Assembly: GCA_976551045.1 (NCBI GenBank)
Contig: CDPCPM010000012.1
Location: 7,068,001-7,132,000, forward strand
Length of the DNA: 64,000 nucleotides
Reading direction: 5' to 3'
Source: Glaucostegus cemiculus
Lineage: Eukaryota
Under the pieces are notes generated by a model. That model worked only from the letters and a program-made list of their open reading frames with translations. It was not told the origin of the DNA and did no database searches. The position numbers were made by a program, and so were the translations under genes. Position 1 is the stretch's first letter; every line of letters begins with the position of its first letter. Below are positions 27,535-41,716 of the stretch, piece by piece.

Positions 27535-30506
27535 TGTTATTGGTATCACAATGCACTCATAAGAGTTCCTTATGCACACCCAGAGTGTAAAATTTAAATC
27601 AAGATAATGCTTAAAGTTCCAAAATGTTACATTGTTGTTGCATCTTAGTTTAGTCAATATTTCATCTAGTAAGAGATTTGATTAATTCAAAGACAACATA
27701 TATCACAAGATTTTGGGGTTATTTGTCAAATTAATTGATGTTTGATCTGCTGAGAATACTGATATAAGGATGCTGTATACCAATAGTCACAGAGCTCAAA
27801 TGAAATGATTATGAGGAAATCATTTATTTAGCTAAACAATAGTTTAACTAGTAAAGAAATACTGTAGTAGGCAGATGCCACAGAAAGAGCAATTAAGCAA
27901 CTGAAACAGCCAATTCAAGCAGCACACAGATAACTTACAGATGCGAAGAATTGGTACAGCAGATTGAAAAGTTATTAGCAGTAATAAACACACTTGAGCA
28001 ATTCCATCAATAAACTTATGCTGGACCATTGACTGCATCGGCAGATCATCAGCTCTTAGAAGTTACAGTGCATAAAAACACTTTGAAATATTTCGGAAAG
28101 GCTATAAGCGATAATATATCTGGTTTATTAATTGTCTTATCAGCCAGGAAAACAGATGCAGCTTGCCAATGCTATATGTATTTACCCTATAAGTCCAGAG
28201 GGAATTGAAAGGGAAGACTGATCAAAAGTGAATGTTATAGAAATGATGCCTATAAAAAAAACCCTGTTTGGGGTACGGACTCATTTAATACAAGAGGCAA
28301 ACATGTGAGCTCCCCAAATAAAAAGGACAAAGGTCAGCCAATCCCATTAAAGACTAAACAACATGTCAATCAACCTTAAGGCTTCTCTTTTCGAATCACA
28401 ACATGTCCAATATATGCATTCATTCATCAAAATCCAATTGCTTCCATCCTTAAGCTATTTTAGTTGCTCTCATTTGTGTAGCAGATTGTTCATAACTAAA
28501 TCCAAACTTACTTTGAATCATTCATGAGAGTGAGTCTATCCCCAATCTATATAGACTTTGATTTTACTAATGGACACAATATTCATAATGATTTCTGCTT
28601 ACAGAAGTGTGAATAACCATTCTTAAAACATTATGGAGACATAATGTAGTTTATCAATTTATCAAACATGGAGCCAAATCTGAATGTAAAACTGAAGTAC
28701 GATGGTGAGAAATGTGATGTCAAACAGAAGAAATTAAATAGCAGAATGAGTCAGTAAATCTTAAAGTAGTCTGATCCATCCAAAGTCAAAGGTTGAAATT
28801 GATTTGATTGTCTTTGATGATAATATTCTTATGCTGGTCGATTGTAAATTAGTGAGCATCTATCCTTTTGGATGATATCATAGTGAAAGGTATAAGAAAA
28901 CTCTATTTACTGTGATGGATATTCACTTTCTGGGCCCCAAAAAAGCTTATTGTTAACCTCAGCTTTTTAGCACAGCAGCATGACCTGTCCAAAGGTCAAG
29001 AAGTAGTTACTCATTAAGCTAAAATCCCTTTTACAAAAACAGCAGAAATTGTCCAAGGCTCAAGATGTTTGTTGTTTGCTAAGTTAAACTTCTAACCAAT
29101 ATTCCCTGCTCAGCCTCTTAACATACACAAGAGAACAATGGATCCATGTTTACTTTATTAAACAATCCAGTCACCTGGCCTGAAGATGTGGTTGAAAAAA
29201 CACCACATGCCAATTATGTCAACTGAGTGAGGAAAGAGTATCAATGTTAGAAAGCAGTCAGGGTAGGGTGGGAGTGGGTGGAAATGACAGCGAGATGACA
29301 GGGTTACAGAAAGAAGACCTAGAATTCACTCCTCAACGTTTGGTCTTTGCGATGAATGAGTTGTTCATCTGCAACTTGTTCGTATGACTTTTTAGTTTAT
29401 AAGAATTGTACTTGTGTTCGGAGATCCTTTACGTTACAAGTCGCTGATTAAGAATTACTTATTTGAATTAAATGTGTCTCACTTAAGATAAAATAAACTG
29501 CTTTAAGACTGTTTCTTTTAGCTGGAAGTATCTTCTGCTTGGTTGGGAGGAGGGACCCACCGCTCAAAATAGTGATTATTGACAACTAGACCTTTCTGTA
29601 GAGACTAAAGTAGTGAAGCAAACTAGTCCTTGAAGTATAGGTTGATACAGTATAATCTCCCTGTAGTGAGGGTGCTCGTAGATACTTACGCCAGATAGAA
29701 CTTAAAGTCTTGACTTGTTTAGAGCTCTCGGACGGTATACTCAGTATCATCACATTACATGATATGGACATCTGATGCATGGTTTTCAAGGAATGGTCTA
29801 CAGTATTTTTCTGAAGATATAAATAAATTCACAAGTGATATTTCTGGTGTATTACTTTACTGACAATATGTCAACATTTCCAGAAAAACTAGAGAAATGG
29901 AAAAATGAAGTAAGCAATCCAATCAGAATTTCCATTAAGGCTGAAATATAGGAATACATGTTGTTCTATTGTAAAAAGCTTTCACTGACCACAATCTCAT
30001 TGTGAACATTGTCATCGTGGTCTTGATGTACATGAGGTGCATTGCAATTGCTTTCTATGCCCTTTGCACCCCCCTCCCATACTCACCCACAAAATTTTCC
30101 TGTCTGATTATCTATTCAAACCAACATAACACTACTGTGGCATTTATACCTAAATTCCATGCTCACCTCTTTCCTTGATGTTCTAGCACCTTCTAGCCAC
30201 TCAAGCAACTGTACTAGTTCCCTTCTTCCTACCTCTTGTTTACAACTCACTTTGTCTATCACTAAACCTCAGTGACATTGTGAAAACCTCTTCCTTTCTA
30301 TCTTACTTGTCTTGACCCCCAACCTGTTAATCATATCAGCCCAGTCAGCATACCTATTCTCATTTTTCAATCAGTCTACCCCATTCACACTCTTAACAAA
30401 TCAATCCTCCTTCCCCTATCAATCTCTCATATCTTGTAATTCCCCAAGAATTGTTGCTATCGCAGTTATAAAGACCTTGAGCATTAGGTGTTTACAGCTC
30501 CATTTT

Positions 30507-30542
30507 AAGCAACACCTCCATCTCAAGCAACACCTCCATCTC
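30507..30542 (+). repeat. 18-bp tandem duplication (aagcaacacctccatctc x2)
   Basis: Directly visible. Confidence 0.9.
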
Positions 30543-32734
30543 TGTCTCGACTCCTAGTGTGTCTTTCTGCTCTCATTATTGTATGATTATCCGAATGAGT
30601 TAGAACAATATATTCCTTTTTGTTGATGACTTTCCTCAAATTTGTTTTCCGTAACCCTCCAAGCCTTGTCATTGTTTAAAAAAAATCTAATTCTGTTTTT
30701 GAGTGAGGTTATCATCACCACGTTTCTTCACTCCTCTCTTGAACAACAATCCCCTCACTCACTCCAGTTCTTAACCTCAATCACTCTGCAGCTTTTTTGT
30801 ATGACTTTCCCTTCACTCTGAAACCAACATACAGTGCTTCTGACTCCCTAAAACGCACTAAATTTTAGACCAGATTTCCTTCTGGCAGCAGAGAATGAAG
30901 CACGAGCAGGATCCCTGCTCTTACACCTCTATTAAATTTAATCATGAGTTGGAAGGATCAAATGGGAGGGTGGAAATCCTGCTTCACCATGATTTCAAAA
31001 AGGACCTTAAAATCCAAATCACAACTCTGATATATCTGGTTATATAATGAAATAGCATCTAAGTTAAGGGCCATCAGTTTACCTTGAGATTTATCAGCAC
31101 ATATGCCCTGCATTCCCTCACCAGTTATGGACAAATTTCCATTGCTTTAGGTTGTTCCATCTTTTACTCATTACAAAATATTTCTGTCCAAGCTTTAATT
31201 CTGTGGGTATCTGATAAAGCAATGAATCAAGACCTCTTGTTTGCACTTACTCCTTCAAGCATTTCAGTAATAATAAATCCTAATCCAGAGTAATTTTCTG
31301 TTTCTGGTTCTTTGACTCCCACTGCTACTAAAATTAGATTTTTAAAACTGGTGCCATGTTCTGAGCTTATTTTACTGATTTATTGAGGTGCTTTTGTCTT
31401 TAGCGTAGATTCCAATCCCAATTATAACTAAGGTTGTCAGACATACAAGAGCATTGAAGCAAGATACATCCATCTGTGTAATAAAATAACACAAAATGGG
31501 CATTTTGCATATGTATCAGTGCACTGATCTATGTTTTTTGACAAATGTACATTGTGCAATATGTGTATTACTATGTGAAATTTCTTTCTAACTGGAAGAT
31601 TACTTCACAAGGAACAAATTTGACATTTTATGTTATAGTATTGATACAATTGCATCTGATAGAGTTTTGTAACATGTCCATATATAAGAAACTGGTAAAA
31701 TTAATTTTAAAAATAAGCACCACCTCCTAATAACTAGGATTCAACAACTTATCACGACTACCAGAGGAAAAAAATCACTTTGGGGCACAAAAATTCTGGT
31801 AGTGACTTGTGAATCCATTATTCGTTTGTGCTGAACTTATCAATCCACAGTTAAGCACTTAAGATGCAAAGTTGTGAAAATACATAATTTTGGAATATCA
31901 TGACAAAGTAAACAGTGAAATTTCATCCACGTATAACAAATTCCATTAAGAGCAACTGAGAAGCAGGAAAAAAATTAGTCAAATATGCCTTTCCATAACC
32001 TTTAATCAAAGCTGATATTTTGGTGAGGGTACCAGAATATTATGAAATTGTTTTCTTTATTTAACATTGAAGTTAATGAAGACAGCAGTTTGAAAAATAT
32101 ATTTATGTTTCTAGAAAGAAACAACTGAAGTGATGCAATTATATCCCAACCAGGTGATTAGAGGTTCATTTTCTAGAGCTACCTGTCTCCTGCTTTCTAC
32201 TGCCACATTAGAGAATGATTGAAGCCAATTGACAGATGTCATTTGAAGCAGACCATCCTTAAGAAAAAAGAAGTTAAGTTACCCAGAGCTGCCATCAGAA
32301 TATTTCACTAGTACTTCTAATGACTACAAGTAATTCCACCCTCTAACTACTGTAACCTGCCAATTGGTATTGAAAATGCATTCATCATGCTCTATCCAAA
32401 ACATATCATAAAACTGTCAGCAACTAACTAGCATGTAACATGTAGATGGTGCAGTCAATTTTCCAAATAAAATGTCATGTAAATTTTGCTGCAAACACAG
32501 TATCTGCAGCTGGTACTATCAAATCCCTGGTTAGTTGTCCTGGTAAATCTGGCAAGAGAAGTGTGATTAATTACAAGCATTGATATCAGAGTCCCCAATG
32601 AAGAAAGTAAGTCATGGATTCCAGGTCAGTACTGCATTGATATTAAAGTGATGTTAATGATCTGATGTTGGTAACTCAAATACTCAGGAATTCTGTGGAA
32701 TTTTGATTACTTGTAAGTGGAATTATATTGAATA

Positions 32735-32945
32735 TACAGAAGTTAAATAGGCCATTTGGGCTAACTAGACTGTGGTGGTATTTATCCTTGGGTGACTCCT
32801 TTTTCATCTAACTCATCTCATCTCAGCCTTTTGGCATATCTTTCTATTCCCTCTTCTCTGGTGTACAAATAATGTTTCCTTCTGAAAGTATCCATGTTAT
32901 TTAACTTGAGCACTTCCTATGGTGAGAGTTCCATATTCTAACCAA
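32735..32945 (-). mobile_element. Decayed CR1 3' end
   Basis: 'tacagaagttaaataggccatttgggcta...ggtgagagttccatattctaacca'. Confidence 0.5.
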
Positions 32946-33059
32946 GATATTTATTCTTACTTTTCTATGTTGTATTTATGGCCCTAGATAGTTGATTATG
33001 CCACTTAGAAACTTATTAAGACTGTATTTGACAACATTGCATGAACATCAGTAGAAATC

Positions 33060-33350
33060 CTGCATTGAATGTCCATCCCTAATTTCCCCTGGACTGTAGA
33101 CAAATTCAAATGTCAACCATGTTGTTGGGTCTGGAGTCACATAAAGACCAGACTAGTTAAGAACGACAGATTTCCTCTCTGTAGAACATTAGTGAAATGA
33201 ATGTTTTGTTTCACAACATTCGTAGTTATTTTTATTGAACGTTTCATTCAATTACTTGAAGTTACATTCTCCAGCTGTTATGACAGGTTCATACCCCTGG
33301 ACCAAAAGTCCCCAACTCTAGTTTCAAATCCAGTAAACTGCCCACTGCAT
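33060..33350 (-). mobile_element. Ancient SINE remnant (SacSINE1-like)
   Basis: 'tgtccatccctaatt...gtcaaccat...gggtctggagtcacat...ccagactagttaag...cagatttcct...acattagtgaa' and head remnant 'aatccagtaa'. Confidence 0.55.
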
Positions 33351-33384
33351 CATTAAATCTACTTCTATCTGGTCCACTTCATTT

Positions 33385-33600
33385 GTAACCTTAAAGGCCT
33401 CCATCAAGTCTTCTCATTTTCTCTGTCCCGAAAAGCTTCAATATGTTCAATCTCTCCCGATAATTGCATCTATCAGACCCGGTACCATTCCTGTAACCTC
33501 TCATGACTCTTTTTCTAATGCTTCTACATCCATTCCATGGAATGGAGACTAGAATTTTGCGCAAGACTCCAGGTTCAGCCTGAGAGGAATCCCCAGACAA
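33385..33600 (-). mobile_element. Decayed CR1 RT fragment
   Basis: Minus ORF ...NYRERLNILKLF...RRL.G.L matches the CR1 'SYEERL..LGLFSLE.RRLRGDL' pattern. Confidence 0.65.
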
Positions 33601-35739
33601 ATACATTTTTAACTTCTGACCTGTACTGCTGCTTTTAATCATTTATTCACGTCTCCATTTATTCTTTGAGCCCATTCAGTTTATTTCCTAAGGTGTAGGA
33701 GATATTGTTGTTTTTCCTAAAGCTTTTCCTCAGATTTATCTAAGGTTTATTTTTCAATTAGCTGCAACTTTTCTAACGCCTTGTTGTACTGGCCTCAATT
33801 TTGCAGGCAAATTCTTACAGCTCCAGAAACTTTCAGAAATTTTCATAGTTTATGATGACTTTGACAGCTGGCTAACCTAAGGAGTGTGGCTTAGTCACCT
33901 ATCAAAACTTTATTCAGCAGTTTTGTTAATGGGCTTGTTCTACTTCCCTCCACCACTACAATTCCAGATAATGTAATTTATTCATTAGAACCCTATAGGT
34001 GATGCAGGCTTTATCCAGCAAATTTGTATGGATGTGAAAAGTAAAAGGGAAGCTAGCCAAAATGAACCCAAATGGCTCTTCTCTGCCTGCAAAGTCTGGG
34101 AGTACATGTTGCATTCTCCATGAACGGTACCTACATCAACTATCACCATTGTGAACTACAACAGTACAGAAATGTTCAGCAGGAGTATCAATGATGCTTC
34201 AACACAAAAAATACATTTAAAAATGCTTAATTCTTTTACTTTTCATTGAACATGCAAATAATACAAACTGTAATGACAGCAAGGTATTAGAAATCAAATG
34301 GTTTCAAAACCTGAAATGTAGACATAACTGGATAATTATTGGGCAGGTAATGGTGGAAGAAGTGCACCAGCTCCCAAACTACTCAAGTATCCATCCCATC
34401 AAGCACCACCTGCCCCAGTTCTGAGAGCGGATGCATGTTCCACATTGGCTTCATCCATTATCTCTGAATTCACAGAATCTGAGCAGAAGCAAGTTATTTT
34501 TGATTCCAAAGAATAAAAAAGACCAGTTGCTAGATTATTTAAAATAGAGTTAACACGACAATTGCTGCTTGCTGGTCTCAGAGCTAAAAAATTCTCAGGA
34601 TTCAAATTAAAAGACCAATGTTAGAGATCTTTTAAAGCATATTTCTCAAATCACATTGATAACCTGGAAGTATAACTATGTGCCATATTACTAACTAGTT
34701 AAATTTTAACCAATTATGAAGTAATAGCTTGGTTCTGAGAAAAATCAAAATTAATCATTTCTTCCACATAACACAAATAAACCCATCATTTAAATAAGTC
34801 TGAACAATAAAATTGATATTGTTAGTTGTTCCTGCTTTGATATAAAGTACATTAACAAAAATACTGAGTTTTGATTGCCACAGCTGTAAATCGGTGGTAT
34901 TTGTCAAAAAAAATTTCAAAATCCATTTCCTCAAACCAAGGAAACATGGAAAAAGTCCATCCTGCCAGTGGAAACATTCAACAGTTGAAAGCCCACTGCT
35001 GTGGTTTCTTGCAGAGGCAGCAAACTTTTGAAAGGGAAATTGCTGCCAACTCAAATACAGTTTGCTTTCACACCCAAGAACAAACTGTGTGCACACTAAA
35101 GGCTTCCTGAGGGCTCATTGCAGCTGGAGCAATGTGAATAAAGGTAAATGCAGTATCAGTGCTACTGGGAACCATTTCTATGCTCCTAAATTTAATTTAA
35201 TATTGTTCCTGTGAAGTACCTTGGGACACTTTGCTCCGTTAAAGCAACTACATAAGTGTAAGCTGTTTCTGTTGCATAAGTAGTGAATCAGTAATAAAAT
35301 GCCTAGTAGTGACCTACCTCAGTACAACAGGTTTTTAGATATTTCAGTAATGAGGGCTACTAAAATGTAATGCAAAAATTCACTTAAAATGAATATTGTA
35401 CATATTGATTATTGCAATTGGACTCTATAATGTAAAGTGTTTAGACCATGAATGTAGTTTACATTTGTTGCACGAGTATTATTTTAGAATAAAGAACAGT
35501 TGTAGAGGAGTTAGATTTGTAGGATTACTTAGGCTGCTACATTTTAACAGGTAGAAGGAGGACAATGGGAAAATTAAAAGAAAAATAAAATTTAAAATTA
35601 TTTTGATTCTGAAAGAGGTGTTTTAATAAAATATACCAAATCAAAAGCACCAATTTATGTCATGTAGTATGCTGGAAATTTTAAAACCAGTATTATCTTG
35701 GGGTCACACAACATTAATTCTAAAACAGCTTTCAAATTG

Positions 35740-35830
35740 CTCACTGCAGATGCCCACTTTACTGGCAGAGTTTTTCCAGCATTTTGTACTTGCTTTTTGT
35801 ATTCAGAATGTCGACAGTATTTTAGTTTTG
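35740..35830. mobile_element. Penelope-like terminal remnant
   Basis: 'cagatgcc...ggcagagtttttccagcattttgtacttg...attcaga' terminal motif. Confidence 0.5.
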
Positions 35831-37109
35831 TTTCAAAGCTGGTTGTATCACACATTTCTTTGCTATTAAGCCTGAGATTTTATGCACCACCATCTTTTAC
35901 AAAATAAATAAATGTACATCTGTATAAAAGCATGGAGGATGTATGTATGAAAACAATATCCTTTAAGGCCTGTAAATTTGTCCTTTGGAAATTTTAAGCA
36001 ACACTCTTAAACCTAAGTTACTTTACATCAATTGATACTGACTGATTTTCAAACTTTTGAACTACAACTAAATTATGCAAAGATAAAGAAAAAAAATCTC
36101 CTCTCACTTGCTAAATGTACTTCATCAATGTCTGCTCATGATGATTGATGCAATGTTATTTTTCTTTCAGCACCTTTTACCATGTCTCGTTACTAAATGA
36201 GATGATTCTAGGAAGCTCCACAAACACACAGCTTTCAGCTTGAAGCATGCAATTCTCCAGTGCAATCTCATTGTAAATGTCCTTGTAGCCAATGGTACTT
36301 AAGGCCACAAAGTTCAAGCTGACTGTGGAGTGGAACAGCACTGAACATCTGGCCATGAATGTTCAGAAAGGCTACTAACTAACCGTGCTGGGCTCCTGAT
36401 GAAAAATTCAACATTTTCCTTGTTGGCACAGTTGTTTTGTAGTATTCTCTTGAGCTTCCTGAATTATATTAAGAAAATTTCACTGCAGCAATTTATATCT
36501 GTGAGAACAGCTGGCGCTGAAAGGGGATCTGCTACACACCAATTGCTGGGGGACCTGAGATTGGATCCTGCTCCATTCACTACATTTGTCCTTGAAAATT
36601 AGTTTTGCAGAATAAAATAAAAGTTTAACTAACTTATCATTATAAACATGATGATAGCCTATGGTATCCAAAAATTCATCAGTGCATGAGTTACTTTTTT
36701 TGTAAAGAACATATACAAATAAAACAAAATATATGACTTACATCCAAAAGATGGAGATAGTAAAAGCCTCCTCACGTCCTCATTACAGCAGATGTCTCTT
36801 TTACTTACAAATAATCCAAACATACTTTATTTTCCCTTAAGTTCAGTGGCATTTAATGCTTTTGTAATGTCTGTTATATATGCCAAAATAAAACCACAAT
36901 CAGAAACCTGGCAGATGTGCAGAAAGCCAAAAATTATTTATGGCAAGAAGACACAGCAGCAACAAAGCAGCAGAGCATGATGTTGTCAGATTGCAGAAGT
37001 AAACAAAATTTACTAAATATCTGAATTCAACCAATGGAATATGAAAGTGTTTAGAATATACTGAATTTGTTGATCTCAGTAAACTGCATCTTGCGTTCAT
37101 ATAGAGCAT

Positions 37110-37870
37110 TTAATATAGAACATCATACCACATCAAGGTACTTCACAGAATTGTGAGTTGATTTGTAAAGACTGATGTGAAGCCATAGAGAGAGAGAGAG
37201 ATATAATAAAAGCAGTGACTGAAAGATGTGATTTTAATGTGGGTCAAAGGAATAAAAGATTTGAAAAGACATAGAGGTTTAAGGAGGGAATTTTGCATCA
37301 AAGGGGTCACAAATTCCTGAACATGTCTCCCCCAACAGTAAGGAAAAGGTGATGGGGTTTACTTAAGAGCTCAGAGCAAAATATTTTGAAGGTTGTGGGG
37401 CAGAAGAGTAACAAAGATATGGAGGGATGAGGCAAATCATTGATTTAGACATCAGGAGCCAATACAAGTCAATGAAAATAGAGAAAATGAATGTGCAAAA
37501 CTTAGTGGGGAATGGAATGAGTTTGGATAGGCTGAAGTTAATGAAGGGTAGAGTATGGAATACCAGCCAGGTGGGTATGGAGGAGCTTGGGTGTGGCAAA
37601 GACATGGATGACAACTTTAGGAATATATGAACATTTGTTGCAGAGGTGGAGGTATTGGGTCTTAGTGATGGAGAAGATAGTGAATTAGAAGTCAACCCAC
37701 AGTCAAATAATGGGAAGTTACAATTATTCTGAGATAATTAAATGGTGGACAGGAAAGGGATGGACTCAATGTCAAGATTACAGCATCTGTGGCAAAGGTT
37801 GAAGATGAAGGCTTTAGCCTTCCTGCTATGGGATTCAGGGAACTGCAACAGAATAGTTGAGGAATAGAAC
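37110..37870 (-). mobile_element. Decayed L2-type LINE, RT 3' region
   Basis: Minus ORF 37363-37695 contains FIDLYWL and PPYLC, matching L2 'L.DLHWLP' and 'PPYL' C-terminal motifs; 3' tail-like 'catcaaggtacttcacag'. Confidence 0.65.
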
Positions 37871-40417
37871 TAATTATCATGAGCATATCACTAATCACCT
37901 AAAATTATTGCCCCCACAGTCTGTTCAGGTTTGATTAATTATAAATATCAAAACTGAGATTAATAAGCTTTTGTCAGACTAGAGTATTGTTTCAAAATTA
38001 AATTAGGTAGATAGAGTTAAGATACAGATCAGCAATAGCCCAGCTGAATATCCAACAAGGCTTGAGGACTGGTCTAGTCCTGTTCCTGCTACTACTTCTT
38101 TGAGCTGTCAATAGTTGACTTTCAACTTTTGACCTTTGACTCTTTATAGAACATCTCTTTCATATCCAATAGAGGGCCAACGGCTAGACAATAGATAATT
38201 AGAAAGTGCAGTTTTACTGATAATCGATGTTTGAACGTGACATTGATAAGAATGCAAGTGCATTACAGGAGAATAGTAGTGTTTGGAGACAGCCACAATC
38301 AAGGCAGTGGAAGTCAGATGATCATAAAGCTGAGGAAGGGGTTGTGGGCAGGGGAAAGGAATTGTACAGAGTGACAAAATGAAGAGGACAGATATTGTTA
38401 AAACAAAAGAAAAAGGTAAGCTGAGATATAGTTGAAAATCACCAAGGGAGAGAGACACATAGAGCAGAAGCACAGAGAGTAGAGAGAGACCATCTCAAAT
38501 CGAAACCAGGAATGGTTCACAGAGAACAAGGATTTAAAAGAAAAAACAAGTATGGTGATGGAAGAAAAATGGAGGCAAAACTAAAAAAAAACAAAAGCTC
38601 TGTGTGGTTGAAAAATAAAGCAATATTGCAAACATTTTTGGGTGTCCTAAGAGCAGTTACTAGCATCTTCTGCTTATTTGGGGCTGTGATATGTGTTCAC
38701 TTATGTTCCAATTTCAAACTAGTTCAGATGATGTTGGTGGTAGTGCAAAATTCATCATCAATGAAATTTTCAACCACATCGGTCTGAAAAACAAAAGTGG
38801 CTGTTCATTGCAGAAGAACCGGCTTTTACTGACATGGCAATATTCTCACAGTTTAGTGCTGTTCAATCAATTTGCAGCTCCACTGCAGCTGGTGCAAATC
38901 CCGTGACTGGCAATGGCCACCTTTGTTGGAGGTGTATGCAGGAGATGGGTCCTGAAACCTCACAGTTAGCTGTTAGCTGTGTCTAAGAAAGAAACAAAGC
39001 ACAGATCGTGTTGTGGAGAAGAGACATGGAGAAGGAGAGAGACAAGAAGAGAAAAATGGAGAGCAGCAGGGAAATTGAGTGGGGGAAAGAGACAGATCGA
39101 GCATCACTCAGAAAAGAAAGTACATTTCGAGAAGGAGGGGCATGGTAAGAGACAGAAGTAAAGGGAAAGCAAAGGAAGATGGAGGTTGAAGCAGCTTGTG
39201 TAAATGAGTGAATGAATATGTGGTTAAAAAAAAGGTGTCATCTGACTGTGATTCATGTTTGGTGGTGACATTGTGCACATGTACCTTAAGTTGGTTGATG
39301 AAATACCAGCTGCATGGCTTAAGTGCTGGCAGCTGCAAGAAATTTAACTACTGCTTTACAACAATTCCTGATGTTTTGGAAACACATGGCATTACACAAG
39401 GGAGCCAGAAAATATTTTCAAAATGGTACTGTATAATATTGAGATCTTTTTGGACATGCAACTCAGTTTTCATGCAGAAAAAAATACATGTGCATTTCTA
39501 ACACAGAAATTTTAGAGAAGGACACTAAGGAATGCCTTGCCATGTCTGATTGGTATCCAATGTGCCCTGGGTTTTTTGATATTGTGTGACCCAAGCGTTA
39601 ATTGTGATTCAAGGGACTGCACAGCCAGCTGACACTAGTAATACATTTTAAATTCTGAAACCTTTAAAGTTGTACCTACAGGGTGCCATGACCCACTTGT
39701 ATTCCTGAAGCAGAAACGGGCCTGTAAGGACAATGGCAGACATACAGAATGGGCGGTGAATAAAGAAAAAATGATGAAAATATGGAAAGGGTCTGAAAAT
39801 AATTAGTTTGTGATGTGTAAAATTTACAATGCTAGAAACATATTAGGTAAGTCAGTACCTGTGCAGAGAAACAGGAGGTTGTGTCTTTGGAGATATGCCC
39901 AAATAAATTATTCCAATTACTTGAAAGATTTATAAAAAAAAATTATTACTAAATGTGAAAGTTGGGACTTGAGAGTGTAAATCAATGCTGTATTTCTTAC
40001 TCTCCTTTTTCTTTGCAGCCTTCCATGCTGCTGACCCTGTAGTATAACTAAGAGAACTTGTGGGCAACACCAGGAACTTCTAAAGCCTCTGTCATTGCCA
40101 GTGTGGTCAGCCAGTAAAAGGTACTGACCTGCAATGTGGCAAAACTCCAAATGGTTGCAGAAATTTGTAGTTTATCCTTACAGCTCATAGGAAAGAATTG
40201 AATATATATTGCTATATATAGGAAGAGTATTCTAAAGTAAAATTTATGTACATTATGTTCTGCTTTACCATGCTGCAAACTCAACAAATTACAGCTATTA
40301 TTTAATGAGAAATCAAAGTATGAATTTGCAGTAAGAAAAGTGTGTACTAAACTTCAACTTATAAAAGAACCTAAAATAAAGTCTAAAACTTAAAATTGAC
40401 AAAATTTGTGAAAAATT

Positions 40418-40725
40418 TCAAAGTCAAAGTCAAGTTTATTATCATATGCACAAATATATGTATGCATAGGTGCAACGAAAAACTTACTTGCAACACATAG
40501 GATCATATAAGTAGCATTCACAAGACAACATAAATTAAACAATGTTTATAAGAAAGAATACAAACTAGAAAAAAAAATGAAGTCCATTTTGATTGCAGAA
40601 TGAACAAAGTGTTGCTAAACTCTAGTGATTAGGGTTGTGCCGGTTGGTTCAGGAACCAAATGGTTGAAGGACAGCAGCTGTTCTTGAACCTGGTTGCTTC
40701 TGTACCTCCTGCCCGATGGTAGCAG
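40418..40725 (-). mobile_element. Rex1/Babar-type LINE 3' end
   Basis: 'caaagtcaaagtcaagtttatt' tail plus 'gcagctgttcttgaacctgg...tctgtacctcctgcccgatggtagc'. Confidence 0.75.
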
Positions 40726-41716
40726 TAAGAATTATTATTATTAAAATTATTATTTTAAGAATTCCAATAATTCCTAGATAGGCATAAGTACAAGTCTCTA
40801 AAATTCAAAGGTGCATTTTTAATAATGTGACTTTTCTAAATGTTTAACAATCATGCAGTTCTATTTATTACATTCTTTATGCTGTTACTCTTTGATAATA
40901 ATAATTACAGCAGCTGGTTGTGCCTTGTATTATAGATGTTCTAAGACAGTATCTTCACAAGCATGTAGACTTACTATACACCTCTGCAGTGGTTTACAAC
41001 AGAGGGTTTAGTGTGTGAACCTTAGGAACCTTTTGCCTCGCTGCTCAGCCCTACAAGAAGATAATAAATCTCAAATTCATCTTTTTATTTTGGATAGAGA
41101 TCTATCGAATCCATGTGTTTTTAAACAGTATATTTTTCATCTACAGTTCACAATACTCCAGGCCTTCTGTATATAAAAATAATCAGAGTTTTTAATAATT
41201 CATTGATGCTCCTGCCAGAACACTTCCCTCCAATCAGTGTCCTAGAACCAAATTAGAAAATCACAACTCATATGGTGGTGATGATATTCAGTGATGATGA
41301 TTTTCTGATGGAGGATGTAATAAACTATTCTGTATATTACTGAATCATGTTATGATGTGGATAACTGAATTTGTCATACACTTCTTTGAATAACTAGTAC
41401 ACATAAATCCCAACTGAAAATTCACACAATATAAATGATGTCTAAGATTTATACAATCCATCTCCAATCATTGGTTTTCAGACCCTTCTGCTTGAGCGAC
41501 CCCCAAGAAATATTGTCACACTCCCTTCTTCAGTGTCTTTCTTACAAAGTGTTCTATTTCAACTTGATCCCAGATTTTGATTGAGCACTTGTGGGCAATA
41601 TTAGGAACATCCAAAGTCTCTGTCAATGAATGCTAGTATAGTGAGTTGAAGGGCAATGTAACTTCAAAATATAACTTCAAAAATATAGATTCATTTAAAA
41701 GAAAGTTAGAGACAGA

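Noticed and set aside
29325-29745. Idea that this island is a reversed (non-complemented) copy of vertebrate DNA
   Set aside because: Reversal of CpG-depleted DNA would give CpG far above GpC, but the counts are equal; I saw no matching source in the window.
38267-38310. RRIVVFGDSH peptide resembling the SGNH/GDSL hydrolase block I
   Set aside because: Isolated motif in a short frame that runs into purine-rich low-complexity DNA; no later catalytic blocks.
40019-40120. + strand exon-like unit (long pyrimidine tract, cag|...aag|gtactg)
   Set aside because: Stops in all three frames and a weak donor; unsupported without RNA data.
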